Shown here: positions 1 through 8,479 of the stretch, one piece after another
How positions within the stretch are numbered: the stretch's first letter is position 1
Layout: each line of letters opens with the position of its first letter
Origin: an uncultured Alphaproteobacteria bacterium
Lineage (GTDB): Bacteria; Pseudomonadota; Alphaproteobacteria; Rs-D84
Direction of reading: 5' to 3'
Length of the DNA: 51,781 nucleotides
Assembly (NCBI GenBank): GCA_905236005.1
Contig: CAJONJ010000044.1
Coordinates: 1-51,781 of the forward strand
Notes under the pieces: model-generated
Told to the model about the DNA's origin: nothing
Databases searched by the model: none
The model's input: only the letters and a program-made list of their open reading frames with translations
Made by a program: the position numbers and the translations under genes

Positions 1-4
1 CGTT

Positions 5-80
5 GGCTAGATAGCTCAGTTGGTAGAGCAAGGGACTGAAAATCCCTGTGTCAGTAGTTCGATTCTACTTCTAGCCACCA
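5..80 (+). tRNA. tRNA-Phe, anticodon GAA, CCA end encoded
   Basis: Cloverleaf folded by eye: acceptor ggctaga/tctagcc, D stem gctc/gagc, anticodon stem aggga/tccct with loop ctGAAaa, T stem agtag/ctact with ttcgatt loop, discriminator a plus cca; 76 nt. Confidence 0.93.
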
Positions 81-92
81 TTTTTTTACCCC

Positions 93-1562
93 TTAATTTC
101 CCATTATTTTGGTTGGGCGATTATCGAATGCAGATGCATCTTCAATGTGTTTAGCCAGTTGTAATACCTGCATATCTGCAAAACGTGGACCAACAACTTG
201 CATACCCAATGGTAAGCCGGTTTGTGTTAGACCACATGGAACGGACACAGCAGGCACCCCCGCCAAATTCATAGCCACAGTGAATAAATCCAAAGCATAA
301 TATTCCAGTGGGGTCAAATCTGAATCCAAAGGCAGAGCAGGGCCACTGCTGGATGGGCATACAATCAAATCACATTGTTCAAATGCTTTGTTAAAACTGT
401 CTGCAATCATACGGCGAACACGTGCTGCCTGCATAAAATATACATCATAAGATTCGCTGGACAATACAGCTGTGCCGATTAATAAACGACGTTTGACTTC
501 TTCGCCAAAACCAGCTGCACGTGTCTTTTTGTATGTGTCGTTCAAATCTGCACCTTCTACACGTAAACCGTAACGCATGCCATCATAACGTGCAAGATTA
601 GAAGAAGCTTCTGCTGGTGCTATAATATAATATGCTGCCAATGCGTTTAATATGTTTGGAATAGAAACTTCTATAATTTCTGCACCCATGGATTTTAAAT
701 CTGCAATACGTTTTTCAAATAAATTTTTCATATCTTCTGATATTTTGACAGAATTAAATTCTTTGATAACACCAACACGTAATTTTTTGCCATCACCCAA
801 AATAGGTTGTAAATTACCGTCTGTATCAAATTTTGCATTTGGGCTGCTGGTAGAATCTTTAACATCATGTCCAGCCATAACAGATAACAACAAAGCTGTG
901 TCTTCTACTGTTCTTGCAATTGGACCGGGGGTGTCAAGGCTTGATGCAAAAGCAATACAACCCCATCTGGAAGATAATCCGTATGTTGGTTTCATACCGA
1001 CCAATCCTGTGATTGCACATGGAAAACGGATAGAACCACCTGTGTCGGTTCCTGTTGCACCGATTGCAAGGCCTGATGCGACAGCACTTGTTGAACCACC
1101 AGATGAACCACCTGCGGTTAAACGTTGTTCAAAATGCCATGGATTTACTGGTGCACCAAAAAAACTGGTTTTACTGAAAGTTCCCATTGCAAATTCATCA
1201 AGATTTGATTTACCCAATAACACAGTTCCTGCGTTAATGAAATTTTGTGAAACAGTAGATTCGTATTGTGGAACAAAATTTTCTAGCATACGTGAAGCAG
1301 CTGTTGTTCTGATTCCACGTGTGGCAAATAAATCTTTCATCGCAATAGGCATACCGTCTAATTTTAATTGATTGCCATTTGCATATCTTTCATCTGATTT
1401 AGCAGCATCACTTAATGCACGTTCAGGTGTGGTTGTTATATAACAATTTAATTGTTTGCCAAATTTTTCAATACGTGCCAGATATGCCTGTGTCAATTCT
1501 ACAGCAGAAATGGAACGGTCTTTTAATTTCGCTAATGCCTGTTTTATAGTTAAATCTATCAT
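93..1562 (-). CDS. gatA: Glutamyl-tRNA(Gln) amidotransferase subunit A
   Basis: 489-aa ORF with amidase signature region (GGSSGGSTSAVASG...GTDTGGSIRFP) and full GatA-like length; lies 18 nt downstream of gatC on the same strand. Confidence 0.97.
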   Translation of the reverse strand: MIDLTIKQALAKLKDRSISAVELTQAYLARIEKFGKQLNCYITTTPERALSDAAKSDERYANGNQLKLDGMPIAMKDLFATRGIRTTAASRMLENFVPQYESTVSQNFINAGTVLLGKSNLDEFAMGTFSKTSFFGAPVNPWHFEQRLTAGGSSGGSTSAVASGLAIGATGTDTGGSIRFPCAITGLVGMKPTYGLSSRWGCIAFASSLDTPGPIARTVEDTALLLSVMAGHDVKDSTSSPNAKFDTDGNLQPILGDGKKLRVGVIKEFNSVKISEDMKNLFEKRIADLKSMGAEIIEVSIPNILNALAAYYIIAPAEASSNLARYDGMRYGLRVEGADLNDTYKKTRAAGFGEEVKRRLLIGTAVLSSESYDVYFMQAARVRRMIADSFNKAFEQCDLIVCPSSSGPALPLDSDLTPLEYYALDLFTVAMNLAGVPAVSVPCGLTQTGLPLGMQVVGPRFADMQVLQLAKHIEDASAFDNRPTKIMGN

Positions 1563-1580
1563 AATTGTTCCCCTTGTATT

Positions 1581-1877
1581 TTAATCGCCGTCCATAACCT
1601 TTGGCACCGCAAAATATCCACGTGATACACCAGTTGTATCTGGGTCGTTTGCCAATATTTCATTACGCATATTTGGTTCGGTCACCACATCTTCACGTAA
1701 AGGTAATTTGTGTTCAGCTGGATTCAACATAGGTTGAACACCAGTTGTATCAATTTGTTGTAATTTATCAATCCATTCTACAACAGAATCTATGTTCATT
1801 TTGTTTAATTGTTCATCAGATACATCAATTTTGATTAAATCTGCAAATTTATGTAATTGTTGCTTGCTAAATGCCAT
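1581..1877 (-). CDS. gatC: Glutamyl-tRNA(Gln) amidotransferase subunit C
   Basis: ORF track gives 121 aa; trimmed to the internal Met (MAFSKQQLHKFADLIKIDVSDEQL...), giving 98 aa typical of GatC; precedes gatA. Confidence 0.85.
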   Translation of the reverse strand: MAFSKQQLHKFADLIKIDVSDEQLNKMNIDSVVEWIDKLQQIDTTGVQPMLNPAEHKLPLREDVVTEPNMRNEILANDPDTTGVSRGYFAVPKVMDGD

Positions 1878-1915
1878 TTGAAATCCTATTATTTTTACAG
1901 CCAAAGGATTATAAC

Positions 1916-2371
1916 ATGATTTTATCAGATTACAAGGATTTTCCACGAATTGGTCGTATTTTAGGACTGGATTGGGGTGCCAGACGGTGTGGTGTTGCTG
2001 TATCAGATGAAAAACACACTTTTGTTTTTGAAAGACCGCAAATAAATATCAAAAATCAACAAGATTTGGTCAAAGCGATTATGCAGCTGATTGATGAAGA
2101 AAAGCCAGTCGGTATTGTGATTGGTTTGCCTTTGCATGTTGATGGTTCAGATTCAGAAACAACTGTTCAGGTCAGGGCATTTGCAGATAAATTGTCTGAA
2201 CAAACAGATTTGCCAGTGATATTTATAGAAGAAAATTTAACCAGTGCTATGGCTGAACAAGAGATGGGACAAAAATCTTGGGTTAAAAAGAAACCAGAAC
2301 TGGATTCTGTATCAGCCAGAATTATTTTAGAAAATGCGATTGCAATGTTGAAAAGACCAACACAAGCATAG
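1916..2371 (+). CDS. ruvX: YqgF/RuvX-family putative pre-16S rRNA nuclease (Holliday junction resolvase-like)
   Basis: N-terminal motif ILGLDWGARRCGVAVSD and a size of about 150 aa; start trimmed to MILSDYKDF to avoid overlap with gatC. Confidence 0.88.
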   Translation: MILSDYKDFPRIGRILGLDWGARRCGVAVSDEKHTFVFERPQINIKNQQDLVKAIMQLIDEEKPVGIVIGLPLHVDGSDSETTVQVRAFADKLSEQTDLPVIFIEENLTSAMAEQEMGQKSWVKKKPELDSVSARIILENAIAMLKRPTQA

Positions 2372-2489
2372 ATAAATATTTTATTATAATCGGTCATACA
2401 AATAAGGTTGAAAACTGAAACAGACAAAACATTATAAAAATTATCATGATTTTTATTTTGCGATTTGTGATGCAAAAACAACAAAAAGA

Positions 2490-2771
2490 ATGCAACAGGT
2501 TATCGATTCCTGTGAAAATATTGATGTAACAGGTAATAAATATGGTTTTACAGCATTGATGTGTGCGGTATATGCTGGAAATAAAAAAGTGGCAAAACTA
2601 CTTATTGAAAGTGGTGCAAATCCAGAAGCAAAGGACATTAGTGGCGACACTGTGTTAGTTCTTGCACCACAAGGTGAGATTAAAGCGATGGTGTTAAGGG
2701 CTATTGTGATAAAATATTGGCAAGAAAAACGTTTAACTCGTATCAATAAATCACGGGATTTATCAAGATAA
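2490..2771 (+). CDS. Small ankyrin-repeat protein
   Basis: GFTALMCAVYAGNKKVAKLLIESGANPEAKDISGDTVL matches the ankyrin repeat consensus (G-TaLh-A...G...vv.lLl..GA); followed by a terminator. Confidence 0.7.
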   Translation: MQQVIDSCENIDVTGNKYGFTALMCAVYAGNKKVAKLLIESGANPEAKDISGDTVLVLAPQGEIKAMVLRAIVIKYWQEKRLTRINKSRDLSR

Positions 2772-2777
2772 TAAAAC

Positions 2778-2804
2778 AAAAAAACTGATTTCATCAGTTT
2801 TTTT
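2778..2804. terminator. Bidirectional rho-independent terminator
   Basis: A-run, stem actgat/atcagt with ttc loop, T-run; lies between convergent genes. Confidence 0.75.
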
Positions 2805-2851
2805 GTTATGTTTTATGTAAAATACATTATTTAATTTTGTAACAAATGATT

Positions 2852-3898
2852 TTAGTCATTTGTGGTTTCGTCTGGAATATTCCCATCAGAAGACAGCAAC
2901 ACTGCAATCCAACGTGTTGATTTGAATTGTGCGGTTGTAATATATATGCCCGCCAAAATTGGAACACTGAAAAACATTCCTGCGATTCCCCAAATCATAC
3001 CCCAAAATACCAAATTGATAAGTATAGCCAAAGTTGAAATATTTAAAGTTTTACCTGTCAGTTTTGGATCTAAAATATTACCGAATATTGTTTCTGTGGC
3101 AACCAAAGCAATCGCTGTGAATACTGGTAAATGCCATGTGTCACCGCTGATGAAAGCATATGCGATTGGCATGGCACAAGCCAAAATAGACCCCAACGTT
3201 GGAATATAATTTAATATGAAAATCATAAATGCCCAAACACTGGCAAATTCCAAGCCTATTATTTTTAAAGCTATGTAAGCAAATATACCAGTTGCAGCAG
3301 AAATAAACGTTTTTATAAATAAATATTTTTTCATGTGTTCATCAATGCTGTTCAAAATGTAGTGTAATTTTTTAGCTTTGATTTTTTGAACTGGTAAAGA
3401 ATCTATTTTTTTCCCAAAAGAATTTTGTTCTATGAACATGAATATCAAATATATGATGACCATACCGGTTGATGTTGCAATACCGGCCAAAGAGGATGCG
3501 ATATATGTAGCAATATGGGGCAGGTTAGGTATTAAATTTAAATCCAAACCAATTCCAATTTTTGTTGAAATGTATTTGCTGAATTCTAACAGTTTTTGTT
3601 GCAAAACGGGTGTCGCACTGTATAGTTCCCAAAACATAGGTTTTATTTGCGTTGCAAACAAAAATATAATTCCACCAATTGTCGCAAATGCCAATATATT
3701 TGATAACCAAGTGTAAATCCTAGGATGAAGTTCACACGATTTTTCATCGGATTTATAACATGGCATTATTCGTCTGTAATAAGAAGCAATAGCATTTAGT
3801 AGATACCATACAAATGCAGCAAACAAGATTGGAATAAATAACGGACGTCCAATCCACAGACAAAATATCAAAGCTAGTAATGTTATAAATCCGTGCAT
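2852..3898 (-). CDS. AI-2E family (PerM/YhhT-like) transporter
   Basis: 348-aa polytopic membrane ORF with the family-typical C-terminal region NILDPKLTGKTLNISTLAILINLVFWGMIWGIAGMFFSVPI. Confidence 0.82.
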   Translation of the reverse strand: MHGFITLLALIFCLWIGRPLFIPILFAAFVWYLLNAIASYYRRIMPCYKSDEKSCELHPRIYTWLSNILAFATIGGIIFLFATQIKPMFWELYSATPVLQQKLLEFSKYISTKIGIGLDLNLIPNLPHIATYIASSLAGIATSTGMVIIYLIFMFIEQNSFGKKIDSLPVQKIKAKKLHYILNSIDEHMKKYLFIKTFISAATGIFAYIALKIIGLEFASVWAFMIFILNYIPTLGSILACAMPIAYAFISGDTWHLPVFTAIALVATETIFGNILDPKLTGKTLNISTLAILINLVFWGMIWGIAGMFFSVPILAGIYITTAQFKSTRWIAVLLSSDGNIPDETTND

Positions 3899-3926
3899 GA
3901 TGTTTCCCTGTTGTTAAAGTTGTTTA

Positions 3927-4817
3927 TTATCTGATAACCATTTTCATAAACACAAGTAATAATCTGATGAACATTACAGACATTACGATGTTCATAATAA
4001 TACCTGTCCAAATATACCAATTGTTCATTTGTTTTGAAAAATTCTTTTGAACGATTGATTTCCAAAACATATAAATAGCAAACAAGAATAAAGTGAACAC
4101 AGATGATTCTATGTGTTTTGAAAATAACATTTGTGCAAATACGAACAATACCAAGAACGTAAATAACGTGTTATTTTGATTTGCTAAAACCCATTTGTTA
4201 AATCTTGCATACCATTTTGATTTAATATTCAAATATGTTTGTTGTTTTGTGTCTGCGGTTATATAACCTGGCATCCATGTCAGCATGAAACAAAATGGCA
4301 TTGTTAAAACAATTTTCCATTTTGAAAAACCCATCGCCACAGCACGTTTGAATTTTACATAAATGTTTGATATCCACAATCCCAGTAAATATACACCAGT
4401 CATATACCAAAGAATTTTCATGCTGTATGTAAACCATGGGGATACGGTAGATTGAGGAACGTTTGTCATCACAGGTGATGTTATGACCCCCATATCAGTG
4501 TGTTTGGTTATTGTTAACCATGCTGCAAATAAAATCAAAGATGTAATTTTGTAGCCATTTATAACAGCAACAAAATCATCGTGGTACATTTTATGATTTG
4601 GTAAATGTTTTATTAAATCCATAACCGCAAACCAAAAAATAACCATAGTAGCAATCATAGTGATTGTATCAAGGTGAGCAAGGTTCATTATTGTTGGAAT
4701 ATATGTTATACCAACCAGTATTGCACCAGTGATTAACATCCATAAAGCGAATCGAACAGGACTTTTAAATAACCAGGTTCTAAGGTTTGTTTTTGAATTA
4801 GAATTTTTTTGTATCAT
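3927..4817 (-). CDS. Polytopic membrane protein of unknown function
   Basis: 296-aa ORF with multiple hydrophobic segments; 25 nt downstream of sufC on the same strand; no recognisable motif. Confidence 0.55.
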   Translation of the reverse strand: MIQKNSNSKTNLRTWLFKSPVRFALWMLITGAILVGITYIPTIMNLAHLDTITMIATMVIFWFAVMDLIKHLPNHKMYHDDFVAVINGYKITSLILFAAWLTITKHTDMGVITSPVMTNVPQSTVSPWFTYSMKILWYMTGVYLLGLWISNIYVKFKRAVAMGFSKWKIVLTMPFCFMLTWMPGYITADTKQQTYLNIKSKWYARFNKWVLANQNNTLFTFLVLFVFAQMLFSKHIESSVFTLFLFAIYMFWKSIVQKNFSKQMNNWYIWTGIIMNIVMSVMFIRLLLVFMKMVIR

Positions 4818-4842
4818 TATAGCATCCTTTCTTTCAATGTTG

Positions 4843-5523
4843 TTATTGTATCACAATTTTCCCATTATCCAAAGTAGTTGTTTTTGTTATTTTAACATTA
4901 TTAGTAAAATTATCTTGGTGAGATATAAACAAAAATGTTGTTTTTGGCATATTGTTTATTGTGTCCGCAATTTGTTTTTGAACATCTTTGTCTGCACCAG
5001 AATCTGGTTCATCTAAGATAGCAAGTTTTGGTTGAGTCAAAATCAATCTCAGTAACATAATACGCTTGCGTTCGCCACCGGAAAAACCAACGTTTACAGA
5101 ACGATTTAACCAATCTTGGGGGATGTTTAATTGTTCACGTGCGGATTCAAGTTTTTCTAAAAATTCACCCATAGATAAATTTTTGCCTGTATTATAATGG
5201 GTGTGGGCAATCATTGAATGTTTTAGAAAACTTAACAATGTTAAACCTGGTATTTCTGGAACATTTTGTGCCCCCAGAAAGATTCCTTGTAAAGCACGAT
5301 TTGTTGCATTTTCATTTGTTATGTCGTTGCCGTTAAAAATAATTTTACCTTTGTCTATTTTGTATAATGGGTTGCCAGCTATGGTGTTTACCAATGTTGA
5401 TTTACCGGAACCATTATGTCCGGCTAATCTGTGACGTTCACCAGATTTAATATTCATATTTATATCTTGTAACAAAATTTTGTTATCCATAGATACACAA
5501 AGATTTTTAATTTCTAATATCAT
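4843..5523 (-). CDS. sufC: Fe-S cluster assembly ATPase SufC
   Basis: Walker A GHNGSGKSTL, ABC signature FSGGERKR, Walker B LAILDEPDSG; 1 nt downstream of sufB. Confidence 0.95.
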   Translation of the reverse strand: MILEIKNLCVSMDNKILLQDINMNIKSGERHRLAGHNGSGKSTLVNTIAGNPLYKIDKGKIIFNGNDITNENATNRALQGIFLGAQNVPEIPGLTLLSFLKHSMIAHTHYNTGKNLSMGEFLEKLESAREQLNIPQDWLNRSVNVGFSGGERKRIMLLRLILTQPKLAILDEPDSGADKDVQKQIADTINNMPKTTFLFISHQDNFTNNVKITKTTTLDNGKIVIQ

Positions 5524-5524
5524 T

Positions 5525-6868
5525 TTACGATTCTTTTTTTAATGCCATTTGTATCAGTTGCTTTGATTCTACCAAAAATTCCATAGGTAATCTAGAAATT
5601 ATGGGTGATGCTTGTGAACCAACAATCAATGCAGTTGCTTCGTCTGTATCTATACCACTTTGTTCCAGGAATAATAAACTGTTTGCATCAATTGCACCAG
5701 TGGTCGCTTCGTGGGATTGTTGATTAGTTGCGTTTGAATGAATAATAGTTGGAATAGTATTAGCTGTGGCGGTACTTCCTATAATTCTGCTGTCGCATTT
5801 GCAAGCATTTATACTGTGTTTACCGTTAAATGAAACCAAACTGCGAAATGTTTGTTTGGATTTATCAGTAGCAACACCATAGGATATTATATTAGATTTT
5901 GTGTTGTTACCAATATGCAGCATTTTTGTTCCTGTGTCTGCTTGTTGTGTGCCACGTGTTATTGTCAGCGAATAAAAATCACTGTGTGAATTATCACCAT
6001 ATAAAATTGTTGATGGGTATTTCCAAGTCATACTGGAACCAATTTCAACTTGTGTCCAATCAAGACCGGCGTTTTTGTAACACTTTCCACGTTTAGTAAC
6101 AAAATTTAATATTCCATTTTTATGAACACCAGATTTGTTGTATACGGCAGAATCTCCTGCGTACCAATTTTGTACAGTTGCATATTTTACATATGCATTA
6201 TCTTTAACAATGATTTCTACGACACCGCTGTGTAATTGATGATTTGGACGACGTGGTGCACTGCATCCTTCCATGTAAGATAAATAAGAACCAGATTCTG
6301 CTATGATTAATGTTCGTTCAAATTGACCAATTTTAGCAGTTTCTATTCTGAAATAACTGGCTAAATCAATTGGACATCGGACATTGTGTGGAATATAAAC
6401 AAACGTTCCGTCGGAAAATACAGCTGCATTTAAAGCGGCAAAAAAATTATCAGTATTAGAAACAACGCTGCCAAGGTATTTACGAATCAATTCGGGATAT
6501 TGAACAACTGCTTCTGATAATGGTAAAAATATAATACCATGTTTTTTTAATTCGTCTGTGTATGATGTATGAACAGATTTGCTGTCAATAACAGTATCTG
6601 TCGCCATACCCAACAAAGCACGCTGTTCAGATTCTGGTAACCCCATTTTTTCGTATGTTGCTTTTAATTCAGAATTATCAATAGGTTTGGATTCGTTATA
6701 ATAATTCAGGTTGTTATAATCAATTGGGGAATAATCTATTTCAGCCCAATGTGGTTCTTTCATTTTTTTCCAAGCTTTGAACGCCGATAACCTCCAATCC
6801 AGTAACCAATCAGGCTCTTTACGCAATTTTGATATTTCACGAATAAGTTTTGCGGTTAATTTTTTCAT
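5525..6868 (-). CDS. sufB: Fe-S cluster assembly scaffold SufB
   Basis: 447-aa ORF with SufB-like C-terminal beta-helix region (ADTGTKMLHIGNNTKSNIISYGVA...) directly preceding sufC. Confidence 0.92.
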   Translation of the reverse strand: MKKLTAKLIREISKLRKEPDWLLDWRLSAFKAWKKMKEPHWAEIDYSPIDYNNLNYYNESKPIDNSELKATYEKMGLPESEQRALLGMATDTVIDSKSVHTSYTDELKKHGIIFLPLSEAVVQYPELIRKYLGSVVSNTDNFFAALNAAVFSDGTFVYIPHNVRCPIDLASYFRIETAKIGQFERTLIIAESGSYLSYMEGCSAPRRPNHQLHSGVVEIIVKDNAYVKYATVQNWYAGDSAVYNKSGVHKNGILNFVTKRGKCYKNAGLDWTQVEIGSSMTWKYPSTILYGDNSHSDFYSLTITRGTQQADTGTKMLHIGNNTKSNIISYGVATDKSKQTFRSLVSFNGKHSINACKCDSRIIGSTATANTIPTIIHSNATNQQSHEATTGAIDANSLLFLEQSGIDTDEATALIVGSQASPIISRLPMEFLVESKQLIQMALKKES

Positions 6869-7405
6869 TTACGATGCAGCTAATGTTTGTGCCTGGGCAA
6901 AAAATGTTAAAGATTGTCCCAACAATCCGTCTGTAAATGTCGTAGATAAAATACCATCTGTATCAGTATTTGCCATGTGTTGTAAAAATTGGTTAGCACG
7001 ATTTAAATAATGTGACACATTGTGTGCGATATTTGAATCCAGTTTAATTGCACGACGTAATTTTTCAAGAACAAATGGATTTTTTGCGTATTCATCCATG
7101 ATTCCGCCCAAGGCACGCCACAATGGATGTTCGGATGTTGTGCGTGGCATGACATCAATGGTAGCCATAATAGGAATCAAATCTTGTAATAAATCTTGGT
7201 AAATAATTTCTGCTTTGTCTGTGGTTTCGTTTACTGAAAATTTGTTTTTTAATACCTGTTGGGTTTTTATTAACAAATTGTATTGCAGAGTCAAATTTTT
7301 AACCATTTGACGTAATTTATTGTTTGTTTGGATTAAAAATACAACAGACACAATGCAACACAAAGTTGTTATTGAAATCAGAATAAAAACAGCAATATTT
7401 TCCAT
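6869..7405 (-). CDS. N-terminally membrane-anchored protein of unknown function
   Basis: 178-aa ORF with one N-terminal hydrophobic helix then a helical or coiled region; abuts the sufB start with no gap. Confidence 0.55.
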   Translation of the reverse strand: MENIAVFILISITTLCCIVSVVFLIQTNNKLRQMVKNLTLQYNLLIKTQQVLKNKFSVNETTDKAEIIYQDLLQDLIPIMATIDVMPRTTSEHPLWRALGGIMDEYAKNPFVLEKLRRAIKLDSNIAHNVSHYLNRANQFLQHMANTDTDGILSTTFTDGLLGQSLTFFAQAQTLAAS

Positions 7406-7509
7406 ATTTAAACCTTAATTGTTTTGTTATCGGATTCAGTATAACACGTTTTTCCGATTCGTGCGATTTTATCTTGATAATTTTTTTATTAAAATCTTAT
7501 TTTTAAGTC

Positions 7510-7538
7510 TTGCACAGATTTGGGCAAATTGTTATAAT
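7510..7538 (+). promoter_or_regulatory. Sigma70-type promoter with extended -10 for the secretin array
   Basis: TTGCAC (7510-7515), 17-nt spacer ending in TG-T, TATAAT (7533-7538); about 30 nt upstream of the 7570 start. Confidence 0.55.
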
Positions 7539-7569
7539 TGAGTATAATAATATAAAGAAAGGAAAAAAT

Positions 7570-8451
7570 ATGTTCCGTAAAATGTTTGTTTTTGTTATCG
7601 CAACAGGTGTTGCTGGTATTGCTCAGGCAGCGGGAAAACTGCCTCAGGTTGTTACATCAGAAGTGTTTTATGATTCTGGAAAACAGGTTGAAGAACGTGT
7701 GGAAGAGGTTGAATATGAACCAATAAAGCAGCAAGTTCCTGTTTGGCCAGAAAGGGGTTCTGATGCTGACGTTGAAATTGCGTGTGGCGATATGGGATGT
7801 TCTGATAATGAACCAAAGGTTGTATCAAAGGTTGGTTCTGGGTTGGTTATTGAAAACAATATAATCACACACGGTACTGGTTGGTCTGGTGGTCCAAATA
7901 TTGATAATGGAATTCAAATACCGGCCGGTTTTGATAATGAATGTGAAAATAATGCAGAGATGCCTTTGTTAAGACGTGAAATGCTGGAAGATGATGGTGG
8001 TTCGGTATTGGCTGTATCACGCAGTCCACGTAAAAAATGCAATAAACGTGCAGATTCTTATGCTGTGTTTGCAGAACGTGCTGGATTTACAGCTGAAAAA
8101 ACTTGCAACAAGGCTAAATCTGATGGTGAAGCAGAAATTGAGATTAATGTAAATGAAGACCAAACAGACGAAGAGGCACCAGTTGTTATGCGTGATCAGG
8201 TTCGTTCTTGGGTTGTTGCTAGTGGGCAAACATTACGTCAGGTTTTGCAATCTTGGTGTGATAAGGAAGGTTGGGATTTGGTATGGACGACTTCTCGGGA
8301 ATATCCAATAGAAGCCAGTGCTGTTTTCAAAGGTCGTTTTGTTGATGTGGCATCTGCATTGATTCGTAATTTTGAACGTGCCACACCTGTTCCATATGCA
8401 AAGTTTTACAAAGGTAATCGTGTAATAGTTGTTTCGACATCAGAAGAATAA
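7570..8451 (+). CDS. Secreted TcpQ/PilL-like protein (candidate secretin partner or pilotin)
   Basis: Start trimmed to MFRKMFVFVIATGVAGIAQA (Sec signal peptide). The C-terminal block VRSWVVASGQTLRQVLQSWCDKEGWDLVWTTSREYPIEASAVFKGRFVDVASALI resembles the TcpQ-type domain found in PilL/TcpQ. Confidence 0.68.
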   Translation: MFRKMFVFVIATGVAGIAQAAGKLPQVVTSEVFYDSGKQVEERVEEVEYEPIKQQVPVWPERGSDADVEIACGDMGCSDNEPKVVSKVGSGLVIENNIITHGTGWSGGPNIDNGIQIPAGFDNECENNAEMPLLRREMLEDDGGSVLAVSRSPRKKCNKRADSYAVFAERAGFTAEKTCNKAKSDGEAEIEINVNEDQTDEEAPVVMRDQVRSWVVASGQTLRQVLQSWCDKEGWDLVWTTSREYPIEASAVFKGRFVDVASALIRNFERATPVPYAKFYKGNRVIVVSTSEE

Positions 8452-8479
8452 TTGTTATCGCACCGTAGGAGATAGAATA

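Noticed and set aside
652-1371. A 239-aa plus-strand ORF inside gatA
   Set aside because: It is antisense to a clearly conserved gatA reading frame and has no independent coding signal.
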